A stretch of DNA of 64,000 nucleotides, from contig NW_002060967.1 in the NCBI RefSeq assembly GCF_000150275.1, forward strand, positions 1 to 64,000, written 5' to 3'. The position numbers were made by a program, and so were the translations under genes. Source of the DNA: Trichoplax adhaerens. Its lineage: Eukaryota > Animalia > Placozoa. This document shows positions 12,649-25,182 of this stretch, one piece after another (position 1 is the first letter of the stretch; every line of letters begins with the position of its first letter). The notes beneath the pieces were generated by a model. That model was not told the origin of the DNA and ran no database searches. It saw only the letters and a list, made by a program, of their open reading frames with translations.

Positions 12649-14815
12649 TTAATTTATCAAAGTAAGTGCATCAGATACTATATCAATTTTTACTAGCCAC
12701 TTAGCCTTGGATAATGGTTATTCTGAAATAGACCAAATTACGACTGTAGTAACTTTGATACGAAATAGTCATACAGAATCTGCTCACTGTTTAAGAGGTT
12801 AATAGTTATTCCATTCTTATTCTAAGAGGGACCAAATTTCTACTATAATATCTTTGATATAAAATCAAGTTAGAGTACTTACTCATTATTTATGGGTAGA
12901 ATAAGTTTAAAACGAGATAGTATTACACTTATTGCTTATTATTAACGGGATTAATTTTTATCTAATTTTTATTCTGAAATAGACCGAATTACTGCTATAA
13001 TAACGCTATACGAAATAATGTTATAGAAATAACTTCCTATTTATGCTGTCAATGTTTATGTAATTACTATTTTCGAGTGGACCAAAATGACTACGGTGAT
13101 AACTTTGTTGTACTACATAGCCATGTTATTATCTTTTAATGATATTACCCTCTTCTACAGCTATCCTGATTTTATCACGTACTTAATCTAGTAGAAATCG
13201 AAACCTGCACAGTAACGATAGCACTTCAACTTATTAGCTTATTCTTTCAAGTGTACGCATACATTTGAAATAATTGGCATGCAATAAATGAAAAATATTC
13301 GTATATCGCTCGTCTGGCGATCATGAAGTGGAAAAAATAAAAGCATGCTCTTAACCGGGGCATAATACGTAATAGCTATCACTAACACCTGTTAAATTAT
13401 TACAGTCTTTAAATGGAAAATTAAAATGATTCTTAACATTGATGCTTGACTGAATTATGTCAAAGAAATAGATAATAGCAACGCTACTTTTAATCGCCTT
13501 CCATTAAGTAAAAGCTATCACCGATAAACATTAGTCAATTACAATATTTATTTTATACAACCTGTATCTCCCTTACCTTTAACGATAGCTTCACAAAGTT
13601 ATCTAGACTAATAATTTAATACTATTATTACTCGATTTCATGTTAATATCTGTAGGGTCTTAACGAATCCAGATTGCCTTGACTATTACAGACCGATCTA
13701 AAAATTCATTTAACTCTTTATTTCTTTATGATACACCTAATAGAGCAGCAATAAAAATATGTTTATTTAATTGTGCTTGATTACTGCATAAATTTAATAA
13801 CACAATTTTCTTCAATAATTAGTACAGATTAACGTGTACTACTGATCTAATAGTAGATGAAGCTGCTAATTAATAAAAATAGGATATTGGAATTTAAGGT
13901 TTGATTCTAAATTTAGGACCAACAAATACTCAACAGTACGGTAAAAACACATTTCCTATTTATAAACTGGTACCTGCCAATACATTCTATAGCTTATTTT
14001 ATAGAAGACATTCAAAATTAATAAGCAATCATTATGGCAATACGTTGAGGGTATAAGGTTACTTGCTAATTTTCGACTGTATCAAGCTCTATTTTATGCT
14101 TTAATTAAATTGAAATCAAATTAATTCTAAACTATTCAAGACATAATACCGAATGTAAATAGTCGTCAATCGATTTTCTAGCAACTATCGTAGGCCAAAA
14201 ATAAGTAAAAACCATCAACTTACTATAATAAAAATCATGTCTTGAAACATAATTAAACTCAGAAAACTACACATCCAAAGATTAAAGTCACCCTTGGGCT
14301 AGTTAAGTCACATAGCAATTACTAATTGTATTTGATGCTTCATTTTATTAATAAGGTTTAGCTCTATAGCCAAACTTTAGTAGTTATAAGCCCGATTAGC
14401 AAATAATCAGATTTAAAACTTGAATATTGTTCATACCTTCTTTCTCCTTGAAGTTATTTATAAAGTGTTTTCTCATTCTACTCATTCTCTAAGTTTCAAC
14501 CTAAAGCAGGATTAACTGCCTAATTGGTCAGTACATTCTATTTATTTTAAAGGTCGATGACATACGATATTAAAATTGACAATAATTATAATTTAACGTT
14601 ACCTACTAACCTTGTATCAGAGTACGGATAAGAAGGAATTCAATCAACGCCTATTTAACATTGTATTGATAATTTTACATTTGCTTTCAACTTTTTCAAA
14701 ATATTATTAGCAATACCTTCTAGTAATGAATAACAATGGATAAAAGATTATATATCAGTAATGAGAAAATGGCTCAATTAATAAGTGTAACAAATTGACG
14801 TAAAAACACTACTAC

Positions 14816-14830
14816 CAGATGTTACAGCTG
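14816..14830. promoter_or_regulatory. Conserved double E-box upstream of GPCR copy 5
   Basis: CAGATGTTACAGCTG. Confidence 0.6.
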
Positions 14831-15071
14831 GTAATTTAAAGCATTACTTCACTTGGAATAATTAGAAAACGTCTTAGGTTACCAGAATAAAGTTAGGAGA
14901 GTTCCTTTCTTCGATCATTGGAAGAATTTTCAAAAACTATTCCATCCAGAAACGTTAGATTATAATCGAGCATTAACAGATTCAATCAATCTATGGCCAA
15001 ATATGCATATTTAATTGCATCGATTTTAGCAATAGATATTTATTAGGTTAAAAAGGTCCAACGCATCGACT

Positions 15072-16031
15072 ATGCTTAATAATACTACTCGTACGCAACC
15101 GCTAGAAAATTCCGCTTTTTTAATTATCCAATTTTGCTTTACTACATTGACATTGGTTAGTAATATCGCTCTAGTGGCAATCGTGGCGTTCTCTAAAAAT
15201 TTACGTGATTTATCTTATAACTTTATTATTAATGTATCTATATCTGATATTATTTCATCGATCGTAATGTATACATATGCCATTACAGCAATCCCAGCCG
15301 TTTCAATGCCTAGACCTGTAGGTGTAGTTGTGTGTCAATTAGCGTATGGACTTTTGATTACATCGGCCAATACCTCTATTACAAGTTTAACTATGATTAG
15401 TATCTATCGATTGAAAATCGTCACTTATCCTTTAACATTTAGAAACACAATCATTTTTAAACATTGCAATAAGTTTATTATACTGTCTTGGCTTCTAAGC
15501 GTCGTATTCGCTATCCCTGCTTTCCTAATAGGAACTTATAATCCAGCAACGAAAACCTGTGACTTTGGCTACCCTTATGGTAACATCTTCAACATTATCT
15601 ATTTTTCGATTACCTTACTATTTGTCTACTTGATTCCTGGAACAGTAATGTTAAGGAATTATAGACGTATCGCAATCAATTTATCTTCTCAAATATCCGA
15701 TAATACTGCTATAGCTCACGATCGTGAAGCTTCTATTACTCGTACAAGAAGCGTTATTCGAGTTTTTATTATAGCGGCACTGGCACAAATATTACTGATA
15801 TTGCCTTATAATATAACTATCTTGGTGTATTCAATACTCAATCAGAACCAATCTCAGCAGTTCTTTAATAATTCCCTAGCTTTTATAATCATCATGCTAT
15901 TGTTTATTATTAATATCGCATCTTACTTGGTAAATCCATTTATGTTTTTAGTTTTCGATAAAAATGTTAGAATTGCAGCACATGATTTATATCTTCGAAT
16001 TCACAATCGTTGTAGAGATATGAAATCATGA
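15072..16031 (+). CDS. Intronless rhodopsin-like GPCR (319 aa), copy 5
   Basis: Same 7TM motifs (ISD, VCQL, IYRL, TCD, NPFMF). Confidence 0.95.
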   Translation: MLNNTTRTQPLENSAFLIIQFCFTTLTLVSNIALVAIVAFSKNLRDLSYNFIINVSISDIISSIVMYTYAITAIPAVSMPRPVGVVVCQLAYGLLITSANTSITSLTMISIYRLKIVTYPLTFRNTIIFKHCNKFIILSWLLSVVFAIPAFLIGTYNPATKTCDFGYPYGNIFNIIYFSITLLFVYLIPGTVMLRNYRRIAINLSSQISDNTAIAHDREASITRTRSVIRVFIIAALAQILLILPYNITILVYSILNQNQSQQFFNNSLAFIIIMLLFIINIASYLVNPFMFLVFDKNVRIAAHDLYLRIHNRCRDMKS

Positions 16032-16734
16032 GTAATTTATCATAATAAATACATCAGATAAGATATTATTTTTTATTAGACAATATTTATCGGGTTAATG
16101 GTTATCTAATCATTATTCTAAATTAGATGAACCTAATTACTACCATAATAACTTTGATACAGAATAATATAGGAGCACTTGCTCACTATAAATATGGCTA
16201 ATGTTTATCTGATGGTTAATCTAAAGTTAGATAGACCAATTACTACTACGGTAGCTTTGATACAAGATAATGCTAGAGCCCTTACTTATTGTTAATGGGG
16301 TTAAGAGTTATCTAATTATTACTCTTAAATGAACCAAATTACTTCTACAGTAACGTGATACGAAATAATGTTAGAGAACTTATTTACTATTTATGCTGTT
16401 TACGAATATTTAATCGCTATCTTAAAATGGTTCAAAATAACTACCATGATAACTTTGGGATACTGTAGAGCCATGTCAGTGGTATTAACTTTGAATGATA
16501 TTATCCTCTTCTACATTTATCTTGATTTCATCGTGTACTTAATCTGGTAGAAATTGAAACCTGTACAGTACTGACAACACTTCAACTTATTATTTGCTTA
16601 TTATTTCGAGTGTATATTTAAAATAAATGACAGGCAAAAATACAAAAATACTCGTATACCGCTCGTCTGATCTGTATTCGATATAATTTTTGGAATTTAA
16701 TGTTTATAAAATGTTGTAAAAGTTGATTTTTGAA

Positions 16735-17350
16735 ATTTGATGCTTCATTTTATTAATAAGGTTTTAACTCCATAGTCAAACTTGAGTCGGTATAGGCCCA
16801 ATTAACAAATAATCAGACTTAAAAACTTGAATATTATTCATACATTCTCCTTGAAGTTGTATATATAATACTTTCTCACACCATTCATTCTCCATATTTA
16901 AAAATAATTTTAAACTAAAGTAGGATGAACTGCCCAATTGGTCTATATATACATTCTATTTACTTTAACGATAGATGACGTACGTTGTAAGAATTGACTG
17001 TCACTTAACGTTTTTAATGCCTACTAACGTTGTATAAGAGTTTATTATTAACACTTAGCAATCTAATCAACGCTTATTTAACGTTCGGAAGTAATTTTAC
17101 AATTACTTTCGAATTTTCAGAGTAGCATTATCAATATCTTTTAACAATGGGTATGATTACATAGTATATTACAGCTGGCAAATTTACAGTATTAATTTAC
17201 TTGAGATAATTACAAAACTGCTAGGCTACATGAGTAAAGTTGGGAGAATTTCGTTCAATCGTTGAAGTTATTTCCAAACTCAATTCAATCAAGAAACGTT
17301 AGATTACGATCGAGTATTAGCGGATTTAATCATTCTACGGTTAAATAGGC
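16735..17350 (+). pseudogene. Relic array unit 6: upstream/promoter region retained, GPCR CDS entirely deleted
   Basis: Matches the upstream region of other units (gatgacgtacg, CAGCTG at 17172, caattcaatcaagaaacgttagattac). At ~17350 it jumps directly into the 3' ~100-bp repeat. Confidence 0.75.
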
Positions 17351-18699
17351 ATGTAGTAAATTAATGGCTATCTAATTATTATTCTAAAATAGAAAAAATT
17401 AAAACTACAATAACGTGACACGAAATAATATTACTCTTAATCAATACGTAATAAGCAATGACTATCACGAAGACTTGTTAAATTATCATTGTACAAGCTG
17501 TATTTCCTCTACTTTGTACGATAACTTTGCAGATTTATTAAGAATAAGGACTTTATACTATAATTATACGATTTCATATTAATGATTATAATGTCTCAGT
17601 GAATCTAGATTGTCTTGACTAATAGAGATCGATCAAAAAGTTCATTCAACTCTTCATTTCCTTATAGTACATTAAATGGAGTAACAATGCAAATATTTTT
17701 ATTTAATTGTGATTGAATGCTGCATGAATATAATAGCACAATTTTCTTCAATAATCAAAATTGATTAACGTGTACTACTAAGCTAATAATTATAACAGAT
17801 GAGGCTGGTAATTAAAAATAGGGCATTGGAATGTAACATTTGAATTTAATTTAGGACCAACAAGTACTTATAAACTAGTACCTATCAATACATTCCATAG
17901 CATATTTACAAAAGAACACATTCATAATTAATGAACAATCATTGTAGCTATACGCTGAAGGTATAAATTGATTGATAACTTTCTATCGTATCTAGCTCTA
18001 TTTCATACTTCAATTTGGAATCAAAGTTAATTTTAAGCTATACCAGACACGATGCTATACATGAATGGTTATTAATTAATTTTTTAATAAGTATAGCAAG
18101 CCAAAGACAAATAGAAACTATCAATTTACAGTAAAGAAAATCATGCCTTAAAATATAATTAAGCTATGATAACTAGCTACCCAAAGATTGAAATCATCTT
18201 TGGAATTATTAAGTCTCCCAGGCGCTACTAATAGTATTTGATACTTCATTTACTAATAAATAAGGTTTAGCTCCATAGTCAAACTTTAGTCAGATAAGCT
18301 CAAACAACAAATAATCAGATTTAAAATTTAAATATTGTTCATACTGTCTCATTCTATCCATTCTCCATGGGTAAAAGTAATTTGAAGCTAAAGCAGGATT
18401 AACTGCGCAATTGGTCTATACGTCCTATTTAGTTTAAAGGCAGATTAAATGAGATATAAAAATTGACAATGATTTAAAGTTACTTACTAATATTGTACAG
18501 TACAAGATCATTAATAATAAGCAATTCAATCAACCTCTGTTAGCGTTGTAATAAAAATTCTACATTTGTTTTCAACTTTTCCAAATATTTTTAGAAACAC
18601 CTTGTATTAACGAATAATAATGGATAAATAATTAGGTAGTAGTAAAGAGAAATTAACTCAATCAATAAGCACAATGAATGGATGTAAAAGCGCCACTAC

Positions 18700-18714
18700 C
18701 AGATGTTACAGCTG
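18700..18714. promoter_or_regulatory. Conserved double E-box upstream of GPCR copy 7
   Basis: CAGATGTTACAGCTG. It is followed by ATAA rather than GTAA here, so it is not a required splice donor. Confidence 0.6.
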
Positions 18715-18948
18715 ATAATTTTTAAAGCATTAATTTACTTGGGATAATTATAAGACGGCTTAGGCTACAAGAGTAAAGTTGGGAGAATTCCTTTCGATCT
18801 ATCAATGTATTTCCAGCTTAATTTATTAAGAAACGTTAGATTACAATTTAATACTAACAAATTCAATCATTCTACTGTCAAATAGACATATTTAATCGCA
18901 TAGACCTTCAGTTATAGATGTAGATTAAGAACATCCAACTCATCGAAT

Positions 18949-19908
18949 ATGCTTAATAATACTACTCTTACGCAATCGCAAGAAAATCTTCCTTTTTTAA
19001 TCATCCAGTTTTTCCTTATTACATTGACATTGGTTAGCAATATCGCTCTGACAGTAATCATGGCGTTCTCTAACAATTTGCATGATTTATCTTATAACTT
19101 TATTATTAATGTATCTATATCTGATATTATTTCATCGATCGTAATGTATACATATGCCATAACAGCAATCTCAAGTGTTTCAATGTCTAGACCTTTAGGT
19201 GAAGTTGTGTGTCGATTAGCGTATGGACTTTCGATTACATCGACTAATGCCTCTATTACAAGTTTAACAATGATAAGTATCTATCGATTAAAAATCGTCA
19301 CTTGTCCTTTGACATTTAGAAATACAATCTTTTCTAAAAATTATACTAAATTTATCGTATTGTCTTGGGTTATGAGCGTCATATTTGCTATCCCTGCTTT
19401 CCTGATAGGAGCTTATAATCCAGCGACGAAAAACTGCGACTTTGGCTTCCCTTATGGTAACATCTTCAACGTTGTCTATGTTTCTATTACCTTGCTATTT
19501 ATCTACTTGATTCCTGGAATAATAATGTTAAGGAATTACAAACGCATCGCAATCTATTTAGCCTCTCAAATATCCGATAGCACTGCTGTAGCTCATAATC
19601 CTGAAGCTTCCATTAATCGTACAAGAAGCGTTATTCGAGTTTTTATTATCGCGACACTGGCACAAATATTACTGACTTTGCCCTATAATATATCTATCTT
19701 AATGTATTCGATACTCAATCGAAACCAGTTTCAACTACTCTCTAATAATCCCCAATTTTTAGTTATCATTTGGTTATCGCTTTCGATCAATCTCGTATCC
19801 TACTCGGTAAATCTGTTTATGTTCTTGGTTTTCGATAAAAATGTTAGAATTGCAGCGCATGATTTATATCTTCGAATTTATAAATGTTGTAGGAATGCGA
19901 AATCATGA
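18949..19908 (+). CDS. Intronless rhodopsin-like GPCR (319 aa), copy 7
   Basis: 7TM motifs as in paralogs, but TM7 reads NLFMF (Pro to Leu). Confidence 0.93.
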   Translation: MLNNTTLTQSQENLPFLIIQFFLITLTLVSNIALTVIMAFSNNLHDLSYNFIINVSISDIISSIVMYTYAITAISSVSMSRPLGEVVCRLAYGLSITSTNASITSLTMISIYRLKIVTCPLTFRNTIFSKNYTKFIVLSWVMSVIFAIPAFLIGAYNPATKNCDFGFPYGNIFNVVYVSITLLFIYLIPGIIMLRNYKRIAIYLASQISDSTAVAHNPEASINRTRSVIRVFIIATLAQILLTLPYNISILMYSILNRNQFQLLSNNPQFLVIIWLSLSINLVSYSVNLFMFLVFDKNVRIAAHDLYLRIYKCCRNAKS

Positions 19909-20005
19909 TTAATTTATCAAAGTATGTGCATCAGATACTGTATCAATTTTTACTAGCTACTTAGTCTTGGATAACCGTCATTATGAAATAAATCAAATTA
20001 CTGCT

Positions 20006-20511
20006 TGTCACATACCACTAGTGACAAAGTAATTCTACACTTGCCAACGTTTACTGACTTAAAGAGACGTGATTAGCTATATCACCAAATAGTTCAGTTC
20101 TAACGACCGAATACTATAGTATAGTTATATCGGTACCGATAGTGTAGATGAAGTAGTTAGAGAATTGCTACTATTTATTATTGAAGAAATCTTGACATCC
20201 AAGATTACAGTCTTGACAATTCAATAGCAATTAACGAATTAATCGACTAGCTAACCGATTACTAACTAAAAAATGGTTATTATTAAGAACTAATAATAAA
20301 CTAATAAAGAGCTTAACTCGTAACACAAAATGACAATTTAACACCTTAATCATTTAATTAATGATATTAATTGTCAACATGAGTAGTGCATTATCATATT
20401 AATGAAAGATTAAGCCGATTATATAAAGAAATAATAATTAATAAAACGTTAATTCACACAAACATTATTTGATATTACTCAATAGTTAGAACGAGCTTAC
20501 GCATCGTAACA
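20006..20511. mobile_element. Solo LTR-like insertion (506 bp)
   Basis: Ends TGTCAC...GTAACA with a perfect 5-bp TSD ctgct (20001-20005 and 20512-20516), inside the 3' minisatellite. Confidence 0.85.
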
Positions 20512-22888
20512 CTGCTATGGTAACTTTTATACGAAATAATCAAAGAGAATCTGCTCGCTATTTAAAGGCTTAATAGTTATTCCATCTTTATTCTGAAGTG
20601 GACCCAATTTCTACTATAATAACTTTGATATGAAATCAAGTTTGAGTATTTACTCACTATTTATAGGCTTAACGGTTATCCACTATCCTACAGTTAGATA
20701 TACCAAATTACTATCGTATCACAACAACTTTGACACGATATAATATTGGAGCTCTTACCTACTCTTAAAGGAGTAATAGTTTTCTAATTATTATTCTATA
20801 ATAGACCAAATTACTACTATAACAACGCGATACGAAATAATGTTAGAGAAATTATTTACTATTTATGATGTTAATGGTTATGTAATCGCTATTTTCGAGT
20901 GGATTAAAATGACTACTATGATAACTTTGTTATACTGCATAACCATTTTATTATCTTCTAATAAAGTTACCTTCTTCTACAGCTATCCTGATTTTATCAT
21001 ATACTTAATCTGGTAGAAATCGAAACCTGTAAGGTAACGACAGCACTTCAACTTATTTGCTTATTATTCCGAGTATACGCGTACGTTTGAAATAAATGAC
21101 ATGAAAAAAAATTTAAAATACTCGTATACTGCTCGTCTGGTGATCGTAAACTAGAAAAATAATAAAAGCATGCTCTTAACATATGCATAATACGTAATGG
21201 GTATCACTAATACACGCTGTCTTATAGAAGTAAATTAAAATGGTTTTAACCATTGATACTTGACTGAATTATGTCAAAGAAGTAGATAATCGTTACGCTA
21301 CCTTTAATCGCCTTCCATTAAGTGAAAGTTTTCACCAATGAGAATAAGTCAATTCTATTGTATACAGTATGTATCTTCCTTACCTTATATGATAACTTCG
21401 CAGACAGATCAAGACTAAGGATTAAATATTATTATTACACGATTTCATACTACCTAATATCTATAGTGTCTCAACGAATTAAGATTGTCTTGGCTAATAG
21501 AGACCAATCTAAAATTCATTTAAGTCTTTATTTCTTTATAATGTACCTAATAGAGTAACAATACGAATATTATTATTTAATTGTGATTGAATACTGCATA
21601 AATGTAATAACACAATTTTCTTCAATAATTATATAATCAGCACTGATTAATGTGTACTGCTGAGCTAATAATAAATGAAGCTGGTAATTAAAATGTAAGA
21701 CATTGGAATGTAACGTTTGATTCTAAGTTTATGACCAACAAATACTCAATAGCACGGTAAAAACATATTTCCTATTTATAAACCGGTGCCTGTCAATACA
21801 TTCTATAGCATATTTAATAGGAAACATTTAAAATTAATAGGCAATCATTATAGCAATGCGTTGAGGGTATAAAATTACTTGTTAATTTTCAACCGTATCT
21901 AGCTCTATCTTATGCTTCCAGTTGAAATCAAAACTAATTATAAGCTATCTAGGACATCTTGCTGTGCACAAATAGTTATCAAACGATTTTCTAGCAAATA
22001 TCGTAGGCTATAAACAAGTAGAAACTATCGAGCTACTGTAATGAAAATCATGTTTTAGAACATAATTAAACTTTGATAACTACATATCCGAGGATTAAAA
22101 TCATCTTTGGGCTATTTAAGTCTCATAGCCATTACTAGTGGTATTTGATATTTCATTTTATTACTATAAATAATGATAAGCTCCATAGCTAAACTTTAGT
22201 CGGTTTAAACCCGATTAATAAATGATCAGATTTAAAATTTCAATATTGCTCATACTTTCTCCTTGAAGTTATTTATAATGTTTTCTCATTCTATTTATTC
22301 TCTACGTTTAAAAACAATTTCAAACTAAAGTAGGATTAACAGCCCCAACGCTCTATATATTCTATTTACTTTAAAGGTAGATGAGGTATATTGTAAAAGT
22401 TGTCAATCATTTAATGTTACCTGCTAACAGGTGCAATAAGAAGAAGTAATTCAATCAACGCTTATTTAGCGTTATAATGATAATTTTACATTTGATTTCG
22501 ATTTTCCGGAATATCATTAGCAATACCTTCTACTAATGAATAAAAATGGATAAATGACTACTGTACACAGTAGTAATGAGAAAATTGCTCAATTAATAAG
22601 CTTAAGGAATTGATGTGAAAACACTGCTACAAGTTGTTACAGCTGGTAAATTTGAAGCATTATTTCACTTGGAATAATATAATTACAAGACGGCTTAGGC
22701 TACAAGATTAAGGTTATGAGAATTCCTTGCTTCAATCATTGAACGTATTTCCGAACACAATTCAATCAAGAAACGATAGGTTACAACCACGTGTTAGAAG
22801 ATTCAATCATTTTATAGCCCAACAGACATATATAATCGCATCAACTTTTAGCTATAGATATAGACTAAAATGATCTAACTCATTGACT

Positions 22889-23318
22889 ATGCTTAATAAT
22901 ACTACTTTTGTACAACCGCTTGAAAATTTTCCTTTTTTTAATCATCCAGCTTTGCCTTACTACGACAGTAGTCCATTGACTTTTCGAAGCACAATCTTTT
23001 TAAGCATTATATAAAATTTATCACACTGTCTTGCTTATGAGCGCCGTATCCGCTATACTTGCTTTCCTAATAGGAGCTTATAATCCAGGGACGTAACCAG
23101 TCTATCTTCTCAAATATCCAATGCTGTAGCTCATGACCGTGAAGCAATCATTTATCGTATAGGGAGTGTTATTCGAATTTTTATCATTATGACACTAGCA
23201 CAAACGTTACTGACATTGCCCATGTCATATCTTTCTCGACTTATTCAATAATACTCAACCAGAACCAATTTCAGCTATTCTTTGATAATCTTCAATTTTC
23301 TATAATCATCTTGTTATC
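22889..23318 (+). pseudogene. Internally deleted GPCR pseudogene (copy 8)
   Basis: Starts ATGCTTAATAATACT, then jumps TM1 to ICL2 and ECL2 to ICL3. After ttgttatc (23318) it joins the upstream spacer of the next unit. Frameshifts present. Confidence 0.88.
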
Positions 23319-23964
23319 AATTGGTTTTCTAGTAAGTATCACAGGCCAAAGACAAGTAGAAACTATCAAGTTGCAGTAATAAAAAGCATGTCTTAAAATA
23401 TTACTAACTCTTAAAATTACATATCGAAAGATTAAAATCATCTTTGGGCTAATTAAGTCTCATAGCCGTTACTAATAGTATTTGATACTTCATTTTATTA
23501 ATAAACAAAGTTTAGCTCCCTAGGCAAACTTTAGTCAGTACAAGCCCGATTAATAAATGATCAGGCTTAAAACTTGAAGATTGTTTCTCCATGAAATTCT
23601 TGATAATCCTTTCTCATCTGTTCATTCTCCACCTTTGAAAATAATGTTGAGCTTAGTAAGGATTAGCTGCCCAATTAGTTTATACGTTCTATTTACTTTA
23701 AAAGTAGATGAACTGCGATATAAAAATTGACAATAATTTAATAATACCTACCAATATTGTACAAGAGTAGTAACAATAAGCAATTCAGTTAAAGCTAATT
23801 TAATGCTATAATAATAATTTTACATTTGATTACGATTTTTCAAAATATCATTACCAATACCTTTTACCAACGAATAACAATGGATAAATGATTACTGTGC
23901 ATAGTAGAAAAGAGAAAATAGCTCAATTAATAAGCGAAACAAATTGATGTGAAAATACTACTAC

Positions 23965-23979
23965 CAGATGTTACAGCTG
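23965..23979. promoter_or_regulatory. Conserved double E-box upstream of GPCR copy 9
   Basis: CAGATGTTACAGCTG. Confidence 0.6.
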
Positions 23980-24213
23980 GTCAATTTAAAGCATTAATTC
24001 ACTTCGGATAATAAGACGGCTCTGGCTACAAGAGTAAAGTTAGGAGAATTCTTTCTATCAATCATTGAACTATTTCTAGATACTATTTAATCAAGAAACG
24101 TTAAATTATAATTGAGTATTAACAAAATCAATCATTCTACGGCCAAGCACGCATAATCAATCTTATGGACTTTTAGCTATAGGTGTATATTAAAAACATC
24201 CAACTGATCGACT

Positions 24214-25182
24214 ATGCTTAATGATACTAATTATACTCAATCGCTAGAAAATTCTATTTTTTTAGTTATCCAGTTTTCCCTTGTTACATTGACATTGGTT
24301 AGCAATATCACCCTAGTTGTGATCATTGCGTTCTCTAAGAATCTGCACGATCTATCTTATAACTTTATTATTAATATATCTATATCTGATATTATTGCAT
24401 CGATCATACAGTATACATATAACATTACAGCAATACCAACAGTTTCAATGTCTACACCTGTTGGTGCAGTGGTATGTCGATTAGCATATGGACTTTCGGT
24501 TGTATTGACCAATACCTCTATTGCAAGTTTGACTATGATAAGTATCCATCGATTAAAAATCGTTACTTGTCCTTTGACGTTTCGAAGCACAATCATTTTT
24601 AAACATTGTACTAAATTTATTATACTTTCTTGGCTTATGAGCGCCGTATTCGCTATCCCTGCTTTCCTAACAGGAGCTTATAATCCAACGACGAAAAGCT
24701 GCGACCTTAGTTTCCGTTATGGTAGCATCTTCAGCGTTGTTTATTTTTCCGCCACTTTGTTATTTATCTACTTGATTCCAGGAATAATAATGTTAAGGAA
24801 TTACAGACGTATCACAATCTGTTTATCCTCCCAAATATCCGGTAACACTGCTATAGCTCATGACCGTGAAGCCTCCATTAATCGCACAAGGAGCGTTATT
24901 CGAGTTTTTATCATCGCGACACTGGCACAAACATTACTAACATTACCCCATGTTGTATCTGTCTTGACTTATTCAATACTCAATCAGAATCAATTTCAGC
25001 TACTCTTCCATGATCCCAAATTTTTAGTAATCCTCTTGTTTTCGTTTGCGATCAATATCGCATCCTACTTGGTAAATCCATTTATGTTCTTAGTTTTCGA
25101 TAAAAATGTTAAAATTGCAGCGCATGACTTATATCTTCGAATTTATGACAGTTGTAGTAATAATATGAAATCATCAAAGTAG
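24214..25182 (+). CDS. Intronless rhodopsin-like GPCR (322 aa), copy 9
   Basis: 7TM motifs (ISD, VCRL, IHRL, SCD, NPFMF). Slightly extended C-terminus. Confidence 0.95.
   Translation: MLNDTNYTQSLENSIFLVIQFSLVTLTLVSNITLVVIIAFSKNLHDLSYNFIINISISDIIASIIQYTYNITAIPTVSMSTPVGAVVCRLAYGLSVVLTNTSIASLTMISIHRLKIVTCPLTFRSTIIFKHCTKFIILSWLMSAVFAIPAFLTGAYNPTTKSCDLSFRYGSIFSVVYFSATLLFIYLIPGIIMLRNYRRITICLSSQISGNTAIAHDREASINRTRSVIRVFIIATLAQTLLTLPHVVSVLTYSILNQNQFQLLFHDPKFLVILLFSFAINIASYLVNPFMFLVFDKNVKIAAHDLYLRIYDSCSNNMKSSK

Noticed and set aside
11607-24596. Antisense ORFs 11607-11816 and 24357-24596, and short ORFs inside LTRs or spacers (e.g. 10585-10794, 16368-16550, 21322-21558)
   Set aside because: They are shadows of GPCR codons or chance ORFs, and are not preserved in paralogous units.
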